NCBI GenBank assembly: GCA_973895155.1
Contig: OZ316892.1
Span: forward strand, 23,693,971 to 23,757,970
Direction of reading: 5' to 3'
Source: Marsupella aquatica
Taxonomy: Eukaryota > Plantae > Marchantiophyta
Length of the DNA: 64,000 nucleotides
Below the pieces are notes generated by a model. That model had not been told where the DNA came from. It made no database searches and was given only the letters and a program-made list of their open reading frames with translations. Shown piece by piece: positions 25,011 through 34,814 of the stretch; within the stretch, counting starts at the first letter, position 1; every line of letters starts with the position of its first letter. A program made the translations under genes and the position numbers.

Positions 25011-26866
25011 ATTGGTATCAAAGCATGCCTCAGAGGTGACAAGGTTTTTTTGTGACGGTTTTCCAGCATTCATTGTTGGTGTTGCATTTGGAATTTTGTC
25101 GCATGAAACTCGAATGTGTGTGGCTGAGCGGATAGATTAGTGAGAGCTTTCTATTGGTGTATAAAACTCATTGGTTGGTATCCGTGGTGTGGAGGAATTG
25201 GAGTTTGCATTGATCTAGAGTTTTTCGTGTTTGACGGTATTTTTGGGGGAGACCAGAGTTTGTTTTTGCAATAGTGTGAGCTTTGCGGCGCACAAGGCGT
25301 TGCATGTTGTAGCTCAAGTTGAAGATTGAAGCAAGCTGGTCATTCTGGTAGCTGAGTTGCTGCCGAGTGGTTACCGAGTGCGTCGTGACAAGTGAAGGAG
25401 GCATTCAGATTTTTTCACAGGCTATGGAGCTTGTTCCCATTTGAACCGGGTTTCTCATTGTGACGTCCGACTTGGAGAAAGAAACGCAAAGTGCTACAAC
25501 TCAACAGTTTGATTGTGGCGAGGCGGTCATTTTGAGTCCAGGATTGGCACCTGACGTGAAGAGAGTGAGTCGCAACGGAAGCTTTCCTCTATTGTGCGTG
25601 CAGACGGCGCCGGTTCAATTTGACAACTTTTTCATGTCAGTGATTTTCACTTTCCTGAGTGAAAACGGCAAGAGGTAAGTAACTTGTCTTGTTTTTGGTT
25701 AAATTGGGCTTTTTTTAGGTCCCTTTAAGGTAATTTTTCCCGCCCCATACCCACTCAAAGTACCCCTGCAACTCCATCCACTACCTGGCACTCCCCACTC
25801 GCGGCCATTTTTGTAGCGTCGACCGGCGCAAAAATAGCATTTTGACCCACGGGCCGGCTTGCACAATACAGGGCTGCAAAGAAGCCGCCCAAGTTTCAAA
25901 AAAAAAATTGGGCCCTTCGTATTGACCTCCTGGCCGGCTACTCCCTCCGGCTGCCGGAAGGCTTGTACTTGCGAGGGTACTCGCGTACCCCCGACGCGGC
26001 CCTACCCCAACGCCCGACCTCCCTTCATACGCACCCCATATTTAGTTAAAGGGGCCTTTAGACCCCATTTAGGGCCAGATTCATTAATTCTTTTTCCGGC
26101 TCCTTATTGGTTGTCCCTTGTGTCGAGACCTGCCGCCCCCAACTTTAACCGGTTGGACAAGGGGAACGGCCCCCTGTGAGACCTGTCAGATTGTGCGGGA
26201 ATATTCCCAAAAAATAGAGAGCTATTTTTTTGCCGTCCGACAAAGATTTTGCGTGCCAAACGGTAACTTTTTTGGTTCTTTTTTGGCGAGGTCGTAGCCA
26301 TTGAAGTTAGCAACGCGGCGCATTGATCAAATTGCAATTCCAACGACGGGTTGTACTTGACATTTTGGTTATTCCCTGAGGTGGTAAAAATGGTGGAGTT
26401 TCCAAGGTTTTACCCACCCCGACCAAAATTTGTATAACGTTTCCGTCAAATTTTGATTTTGATTTTGTTTTGAGTGTTGGACTCCTAGCTTTGTGGGCTA
26501 CACGGCGGTGATTAGTTTTGAGTTTTTTGAGAAGTTGTGAAACACGTCATTTTTTTGTGATTTTCTCATATGAGTGATTGAGGAGATTTTCAAAGACGTG
26601 GAACTTGAAGCACGAGGATCACCGCGGCGGTTAGCTAGAGGAGGAGAGAGAGTAGTCGGAGGAAGAGCACATGACACCGGTACCATATATCACCGGTGCG
26701 GCGTGTGGTGGAGGAAGCTGTTCTACTACCGGAGCTCATGGTAGTGAAAAAAACGAAGATGGGGACGTTCAAGCTTGGCGGACCCAAGTATGAAGTGACA
26801 AAGTATGATGGGCGCTCTGACTACTTGCTCTGGGAGAAGCAGGTGAAGGGAGTGCTCTATGCTTCA

Positions 26867-29800
26867 TGTGGTAAGCATTTTAAATGAAACTTTTATAAAA
26901 CATATATTAGAAACTCGAATTCGTTCCCGTAAGGAATAAAGGAAATCAACTTATGATGGTATTAAGGTCTTTGAGATCTTTAGGAGTCTCTCTCCTTACA
27001 CAACTACTATGTATTACTCAAAATATTTATGATCAATCATTTTAATATGGAAACTCTCAGACTATCGCTCCTTCTCAATAGAAGTTTGATTTTCGTTCCA
27101 GTGGTGGCCCTCCCACCACGTGCCCGTCCAAACTCGTTTCTCAGTCTTGAAAGAAGTCGAACCTTGCACTAACACGGAATGTTGGGGTAAGTTCTCCCCG
27201 ACTATACTCCTCGTCGTTAGCGACCCCTCCCATACGAAGCCGCACTTGCCCTCGTCAGCACAACCGTCACTCAACGGTCTTTGCTATCTGCACAAGCAAC
27301 CAACCAACCGGTAAGAACTTGTCTTGATCTCGGAACTCCCAAGACCATTGTCTTGCCTCAAGCTCAACAGTCGTTAGTAAGTAGGTCAGCGGATAGAGCC
27401 TCCCAGGCCCGCATGGCCTTGCCATAAGCTGAAACTAAGGTCGACATCACTGTTCGTCCAGAACAGTCTATCTATCGGATGTCGTCCAAGCTTCCCCACT
27501 TTCTACCCGTCAATGGCTGAACGCCCTGCCTCCAAGACATGCCCATGGCCCAAACTCAGTTTGTCACAAACTAGTAGTAACACGCCGGGACCATTCAGTT
27601 TCTAGATCTTAGCCACCTCTCTGCGAAACCGGGTTCCGCTCGACCTCTCACCATGCATCGGGACCAGATCTCAATGGCAGCCCCCAGAGTCTACTTGGTT
27701 CTACCTCTCCAACATCAGGTCCTTGTGGGAACCAAATGCGGTTTGGTCATTGTTCGACTTCGGATCGGCAAGAGGGACTCCCCCATTGCAAGCCTCAAAA
27801 CCAAAATCATCCAATGCACAATCAGAGAGCGCCATAAGGTAGCTTGCTTCATTAGCTTTCCAACGAGCCCAAGAAATCCCCCAACGGAGATCCGGTCGTC
27901 GAGTTATGTTTGTTTCCGCTTCAAAACTCGAAACGACGTATCTTCGTCGATCGCGATCAGCTCGAGCTCAAACTTGAGAGGACCACTCCCCTCATATATG
28001 CTTCTGGGGACCTGCCACCCCCGGACCAGCTTTGGTCCCCTATCTTTGGCCCCCTACCCGAGGGTCCGTGGGCCCCGCCACTTAGCTCGAAACGAAGATA
28101 ATCGAAAACCTTCCGTAACTTGGCCTTGAGCGCAAATTGTGGCATAAGGGGCTAAAAGTTACGGCCCTAACCCCGCTCTGGTCCAGGCAACCCCCTCTTG
28201 GTCCATTGATGCGCAACGACTCTAATCGAGTCTAAATCGACCATAACTTTTGGCCCCTAGGTCCGTTGGCCAAAAAATATGCGGCCCCATGATCGGGCTC
28301 ATGTGGGGCTTCTTGGGCCCCTATGGTGATCCGTTGGAAAAATAGTTCATTTTTCCGTGATCGGCGATGGGCCCAAACTACAAGTATGCGACTTGAGTTG
28401 GCCATAACTTTTGGCCCTTGGGTCCGTTGGCCGAGAAATATGCGGCCCCATGATCGGGCTCATGTAGGTCTTCTCGGGCCCCTATGGTGATCCGTTGAAA
28501 AAAAAGTTCATTTTTCCGTGATCAACAACGGGCCCAAACTACAAGCATGCGGCTTGAGTCGGCCATAACTTTTGGCCCCTGGGTCCGTTGGCCGAGAGAT
28601 ATGCGGCCCCATGATCGGGCTCATGTGGGGCTTCTTGGGCCCCTATGGTGATCCGTTGGGAAAATAGTTCATTTTTCCATGATCGGCAACGGGCCCAAAC
28701 TACAAGCATGCGGCTTGAGTCGGCCATAACTTTTGGCCCCTGGGTCCGTTGGCCGAGAGATATGCGGCCCCATGATCGGGCTCATGTGGGGTTTCTTGGG
28801 CCCCTATGGTGATCCATTGGAAAAATAGTTCATTTTTCCATGATCGACAACGGGCCCAAACTACAAGCATGCGGCTTGAGTCGGCCATAACTTTTGGCCC
28901 CTGGGTCAGTTGGCCGAGAAATATGTGGCCCCATGATTGGGCTCATGTGGGGCTTCTCGGGCCCCTATGGTGATCCATCAGAAAAATAGTTCATATTTCT
29001 GTGATCGGCAATGGGCCCAATAAAGTTAATTGGAGCGCACTTCTTGTCCTTGCTCTTACTAGCCTCCTCTTTGTTAGTCGCATCCCTAATGGCTATGATG
29101 GTAGAAAATCTAAGAGGGGCTCAACGCTGGAGTTAGGCAACACCGAAGCAATTACGAGTAGGTGAAAGTTGTATTCGCGACTGTTCCATTCCTAAATTCC
29201 TTATACTCAACAGAGATCGGCTTTATATTAGGAATTTCACTACAATTCTCTAAACTCTAGATTTCAGAGCTTTACTCATATTTTTCCATACAAAACCAAA
29301 GAAACATTTTCTCAAAATGTATTCATTCATTCCAAGGTTTGCAAGAAATGCACGAGGAAATCATGAATAACAGTAGAATTTGGATGGTGCATTTTCTCAT
29401 TTCTGCGATTCTTCCTCCTAAAGCCCAACCTGGCATGAGGAAAAGACCCATACTGGTCACAAATCGTTTCCAGAGAAAATGACAAGGCAATTTTGCTTGG
29501 GAGTTCAATTGTAATACTCCCTCATAGATCAAAGAGATTTGAAAAGATTACTTAACTACCTAAAAACTAACTATTGATTAAAGATCTGAAGAGGTGAGTA
29601 GCTCTAGCTACTTTTCTAAGCTAAGATTCCTAATGATAGCTAAACTAGTTTAACTAAGCTAAATTCTATCTAATGAGCTCAATTTAGGAAAAAGGGAGAG
29701 GGAAAACGGTTTAAGAGAAGTTGAATCAAAATCCAACTAAAAACGCTTGAACAATTCTTCCAACATAAAAGCAATTGTCAATTAAAAAGGATCCTTCAAT

Positions 29801-29936
29801 GTGAAAGCAGTTTTAGAGCTTTAACTCCTTCATCTTCTTTAAATAACTTCATTTGTCGCTTAAAAGGTTTCAAAAGTTTTGAAAAATGTAAATTGAATAC
29901 TCCTTTAGAACACTTCCTCATAAAAGGCTTTCCACA
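26867..29936 (-). repeat. Gypsy 3' LTR (3070 bp)
   Basis: Colinear with 33828-34809 except for an extra 2088 bp (27101-29188) bounded by GTTCCA. Confidence 0.9.
28241..29020. repeat. 161-bp tandem repeat, about 4.9 copies, within the long LTR
   Basis: CCATAACTTTTGGCCC starts at 28241, 28402, 28563, 28724 and 28885. Confidence 0.97.
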
Positions 29937-30390
29937 TAATCCCCTCCTTAAATGTGAAGCGACCTCGCGAACAGGAGGTCTTCAACCAACAGTCTTCAAT
30001 AAAAAATGGCAAGTAAAATTGGTAAAGAGGACATCATTTCTTACTGAAAGAAACAAGGAGTGGGTCAATGGAATTTGAGGACTGCAGATCCGGTTCTGAG
30101 CTTGGGGTGGTGTATGAAAAATGAACTGGGAGGTGTAGTTCAGCAAGTTGGATCAAGTTGAATAAATTCAGGGTGAAAAATACAAGGGAAAGAAATATGT
30201 GGAATTGGTGGCAAAGAGAATGAAATGCAAATAAACCATCACCAATGTAAAAAGTAGTGATATGCTGGGAGACATTCGCTTTAGAGAAAATCAAAATGAG
30301 ATCTTTCTCATCACCATCCGAGAAGATCATTACATCCAAAGAAAATGCTCATACTTCCACTAACTGCGCTGAAAACTCAAAAGCTGCCTC

Positions 30391-31707
30391 CTAGTGCTTG
30401 CGCTTCAGTTTCTTCTTCTTTGGAAGTCGAGTCTGAGTCACTGCTTCAGACTCAGTGTCTGATTCAACTACGTCAACTTCCACCTGTAAATCAGCCTGTG
30501 CTGCTAGATCTGTAGTGGGAGCAATCATGGATCGTAATAGGGCAGTGTTGGAAAAATTGTCATAGACATTAGAAATTGGTGACTGCTGTTTAGGGGTAGG
30601 AACTAGAAGACAAACGACCTCAATTGCAGAAATTGCCTGGCGCTGATTAGTAGAAATTGTGTGGGAAGCAAGATCCTCTGATGTCGTGATTAGGGTTGTA
30701 CCCACACTCAATTTTTGATCAGCATTCTTCTCACAGGGAGCAATGGCAGTTGATTTGTCCTCCTTCGAGCCATGAGGTACTCCTTGTGGTAGGTCGGCTA
30801 GAGTTCCCTGGTCAGGTGTAAAGGCTGAACAAAATTCCAAATGATTTTCAGTATACTTTTGCAAATCTCCAATCAATTTCAAAATCGTCTCATACTTCCT
30901 GTCCAACAAATTCTTCTGATTGGTAATTGCCGAAGCAATTTTCGTCAGGTTCTTGGTATCGTTTTTCCATCCTTTAGATGTCAATGCAACAAGTTGAAGA
31001 GTGTCAGTAACAGAGAGTGTCATTCCAGTTACAACAGTGGAGAGAGTATGAACCGATTGTTGGATTACTGGTAAGATTGAGCCGTGGAGCAACTCCTTCA
31101 ATCGCTTCTCAAGCTCACGTTTCTCCAATCTCCACTGTTTCCTTTCTTGATCAATTTGCGTAGAAGATGAGTGTAGGTCTTCGATCTTAGCGAGTAAAGC
31201 ATCTCCTGAACAAGAAAACCTAGTTTGTAGCTGATTAATCAAACCAGCGTTCATGGAATTAGCTCTGCAAAAATCATCCACAGTGCTGCAAAATCGCCCT
31301 TCCAATGGACACAAATCATCCGAATCCACCTGAATGACAGAAATTTCTTGAGGTTTCTTGATTGATGTTGAACCTCGGGGTTGACCCCTCAACACTCGCA
31401 CAGGGGTTGCCTGGAACTCAGTTTTGACAGGGATCTCTACAGCATCCTTGTCCTCTGTCTCACTGTCTTTGTCTTTGGAGGATGGGTCTTCAATGAGAGC
31501 TCTGTTTGCCTCTTCTTCCTCATAGAATTGTAACTCTGCTGTCGAAAGCTTCTTCTCAAACTTGTACAAGTGGAACAACATGGGCGCCACAAACAAATCA
31601 ATCCCGTCCTTCACTTTCTTGCACCTCAGCTGAAAAGAATCTAAAAGCACGCAAGCCCAATTGATTGGTTTAGCTTTAATATAGGCGGTGACAATCATGG
31701 CAGCCAA
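30391..31707 (-). CDS. Additional Gypsy ORF between pol and the 3' LTR (438 aa, probably N-truncated, coiled coil, C-terminal basic NLS-like)
   Basis: Long open frame co-oriented with pol. Contains PINWACVLL...APMLFHLY, a coiled-coil segment and a C-terminal PKKKKLKRKH. Confidence 0.65.
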   Translation of the reverse strand: MAAMIVTAYIKAKPINWACVLLDSFQLRCKKVKDGIDLFVAPMLFHLYKFEKKLSTAELQFYEEEEANRALIEDPSSKDKDSETEDKDAVEIPVKTEFQATPVRVLRGQPRGSTSIKKPQEISVIQVDSDDLCPLEGRFCSTVDDFCRANSMNAGLINQLQTRFSCSGDALLAKIEDLHSSSTQIDQERKQWRLEKRELEKRLKELLHGSILPVIQQSVHTLSTVVTGMTLSVTDTLQLVALTSKGWKNDTKNLTKIASAITNQKNLLDRKYETILKLIGDLQKYTENHLEFCSAFTPDQGTLADLPQGVPHGSKEDKSTAIAPCEKNADQKLSVGTTLITTSEDLASHTISTNQRQAISAIEVVCLLVPTPKQQSPISNVYDNFSNTALLRSMIAPTTDLAAQADLQVEVDVVESDTESEAVTQTRLPKKKKLKRKH

Positions 31708-33727
31708 CTTGCCTGCTGTTCCGCATTCATGTGTTGAGGAGGTTGACCAGTAATGAGAAAAGAAACAATCTCAGCATAAAGCGATTGTTCACCCTCCATG
31801 TGAAATAACTCCTCATCAGGAAACACATCGGGAATTACCTCGGTATCACCTTCTCCTTCCAACCGAGATAAGTAATCAGCATTGACATGGCTTTTTCCAG
31901 GGCGCACCTCCACTTTAAACCAGAATTCTTGAAGAAGTAGAATCCAGCGTGCAATTCGGCCTGACAAATTTGCCTTATTAAAAAGATACTTAAGAGAGTT
32001 ATGATCAGTATGAAAAATAGTGTCATAACCCAGGAGGTAGTGACGGAATTTTTTGTAAGAAAAAACAATGCTCAAAGCTTCACGTTTAGTGGTGGAATAA
32101 TTTCGCTCGGCACTATTGAGTTGACGGCTGGCAAAGTAAATAGGGTGGTGCTTATCACGCTCATCTTTCTGACTCAACTCAATCCCTATGCAGAACTTAG
32201 AAGTATCCACGAAAACATGAAAACTCTTTTGACCAGTTAGGAGGAAGAAGGACCGAAGCTACAGTCAACGTATGTTTCAGGGTGAGGAAGGCATTGTCTC
32301 GTGCCTCATTCCACTCATAAGGCACGTCCTTTTTAAGAAGTTGATTAAGAGGTGTGGCAAGAACAGAATAACCCTCAATAAATCATCTATAATACCCAAC
32401 ATACCCCAAAAACCCCCTTAACTCACGCAAATTAGTGGGCACTTCACTAGAAGAAACCGAGCCTTGTTGAGACCGAAAATTGTGACTATTTTTAGTCCTT
32501 GTGACACCAATGTGACTTCCTCAACCGTGACCCTGGTTGAGACCGCACAAGTTATCTAATGGTGACTAAAATATGGAAAGTCACTAATACTACTGTACAT
32601 CGTGACATGGATGATACATGACTCCCCTAAACTTCACCAAAAATCAGTCAACAAGGTGTGACGAACATGACACCCTAAACCTTGGAGTCACTTATTTCTG
32701 AAGGTCTCGCACAAGTCATGTAAGGGAAGGTCTCAGAATAGCTCGGTTTCTTCTAGTGCTTCTAATGCAAGGATGACTGTAATTTTATCATGATCAACAG
32801 CAATGCCTCTCTGAGAAATCTTATGACCCAATAAAATGCCCTCTGTCATCCCGAAGAAACATTTTTCAGGGTGCAAACACAAGCCAGCCTCACGACACTT
32901 AGCAAAGGTCTTCCTCAGTTTCTCCAAATGATCCTTTTCACCGCTGAAAATACAAAAATCATCAATAAAAATCTCCAAAACATCACGAAGGTAATCCTGA
33001 AAAATAGCAGTCATTAGCCTTTAAAAAGTTGTTGGGGCATTACACAATCCAAAGCGCATGCGAGAAAATGCATAGGTGCCCCAATCAGTTGTGAATGTAG
33101 TTTTAGACTTATCCGATTTTCTAATGAAAACCTGGTTATAACCTGAGAACCCGTCTATAAAGCTATACAATTCCTTACCGGCAACTTGATCTAGAATCGT
33201 ATCCGTAAATGGTAAGGGATGAAAATCCTTTTTAGTGGCCGAATTTAATTTCCTATAATCCTGACATACTCTAAATTTTACTTTCCCATCCGGTCCGGGT
33301 TTTTTAGGAACTATAACTATAGGCGATACCCATTCACTACTTAGGACAGGGTAAATAAAACCAGCCTCTTTTAATTTATCTAATTCTATTTTAACCATGA
33401 GGGAATACTTGGGATTTAGTCTATACTGACGCTGCCTAATGGGTATAGCATCCTCTACTAAATCTATGTGGTGTTCACCTACAGTAGAAGAAATTCCTTT
33501 TAAATCATGATGACTCCAGGCAAAAATATTTTTATATTCGTATAAAAGATCCTTGTATGCTTGTTTGGTAACATCATCCAAATTTCTCCCTATGTTAAAC
33601 GTTTTATCATTTTCTAGTTCTAGCTTAGCATATTGATTCTTTTTAACCATACCCTCAGTCATGCTAGTAGATTCTTAAAAATATGCAGAGCTTTTTTCTA
33701 AGGCTACTTCCCCTTCCTTAGGTGTCT
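31695..33727 (-). pseudogene. Gypsy pol fragment: RT plus RNase H; gag, protease and integrase missing
   Basis: SEWVSPIVIVPKK..RVCQDYRKLN..DFHPLP..DGFSGYNQ, FGLCNAPTTF, FIDDF, HPIYFASRQLN.AERNYSTT.REAL, RIARWILLLQEF and ADYLSR. Contains stops and a MITE insertion. Confidence 0.95.
32445..32758. mobile_element. 314-bp non-autonomous CACTA element (MITE-like)
   Basis: Perfect 18-bp TIRs CACTAGAAGAAACCGAGC / GCTCGGTTTCTTCTAGTG, a 3-bp TSD CTT (32442-44, 32759-61) and internal GTGAC/GTCAC/GAGACC repeats. Excision restores RT ILALEVPTNLRELRGFLG. Confidence 0.96.
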
Positions 33728-34061
33728 GTTCAAGCTTGGCGGACCCAAGTATGAAGTGACAAAGTATGATGGGCGCTCTGACTACTTGCTCTGGGAGAAG
33801 CAGGTGAAGGGAGTGCTCTATGCTTCATGTGGTAAGCATTTTAAATGAAACTTTTATAAAACATATCTTAGAAACTCGAATTCGTTCCCGTAAGGAATAA
33901 AGGAAATCAACTTATGATGGTATTAAGGTCTTTGAGATCTTTAGGAGTCTCTCTCCTTACACAACTACTATGTATCACTCAAAATATTTATGATCAATCA
34001 TTTTAATATGGAAACTCTCAGACTATCGCTCCTTCTCAATAGAAGTTTGATTTTCGTTCCA
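33728..34061 (+). repeat. 334-bp copy of 26767-27100 (100 bp of Copia gag plus the first 234 bp of the LTR)
   Basis: The 100-bp gag part is identical to 26767-26866. Two mismatches were counted in the LTR part. Confidence 0.93.
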
Positions 34062-34809
34062 TTCCTAAATTCCTTATACTCAACAGAGATCGGCTTTACA
34101 TTAGGAATTTCACTACAATTCTCTAAACTCTAGATTTCAGAACTTTACTCATATTTTTCCATACAAAACCAAAGAAACGTTTTCTCAAAATGTATTCATT
34201 CATTCCAAGGTTTGCAAGAAATGCACGAGGAAATCATGAATAACAGTAGAATTTGGATGGTGCATTTTCTCATTTCTGCGATTCTTCCTCCTAAAGCCCA
34301 ACCTGGCATGAGGAAAAGACCCATACTGGTCACAAATCATTTTCAAAGAAAATGACAAGGCAATTTTGCCTGGGAGTTCAATTGTAATACTCCCTCACAG
34401 ATCAAAGAGATTTGAAAAGATTACTTAACTACCTAAAAACTAACTATTGATTAAAGATCTGAAGAGGTGAGTAGTTTTAACTACTTTTCTAAGCTAAGAT
34501 TCCTAATGATGGCTAAACTAGTTTAACTAAGCTAAATTCTATCTAATGAGCTCAATTTAGGAAAAAAGGAGAGGGAAAACGGTTTAAGAGAAGTTGAATC
34601 AAAATCCAACTAAAAACACCTGAACGATTCTTCCGATATAAAAGCAATTGTCGATTAAAAAGGATCCTTCAATGTGAAAGCAATTTTAGAGCTTTAACTC
34701 CTTCATCTTCTTTAAATAACTTCATTTGTCGCTTAAAAGGTTTCAAAAGTTTTGAAAAATGTAAATTGAATACTCCTTTAGAACACTTCCTCAGAAAAGG
34801 CTTTCCACA
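33828..34809 (-). repeat. Gypsy short (chimeric/deleted) LTR, 982 bp
   Basis: TGTGG..CCACA flanked on both sides by CTTCA. About 23 substitutions versus the long LTR were counted by eye, mostly transitions. Confidence 0.9.
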
Positions 34810-34814
34810 CTTCA

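Larger units (their letters stand above)
26867..34809 (-). mobile_element. Ty3/Gypsy retrotransposon, rearranged, inserted in Copia gag
   Basis: LTRs TGTGG...CCACA at 26867-29936 and 33828-34809. The 5-bp TSD CTTCA lies at 26862-26866 and 34810-34814. A minus-strand PPT (AAGGAGGGG) abuts 29936. Removing the insert restores gag GVLYAS|GMGQLLSP. Confidence 0.95.

Noticed and set aside
27101-29188. 2088-bp segment as an independent insertion with a 6-bp GTTCCA TSD
   Set aside because: It has no TIRs, LTR termini or polyA tail. A microhomology-mediated loss from the other LTR explains it better, given the divergence switch at the same point. An insertion is not fully excluded.
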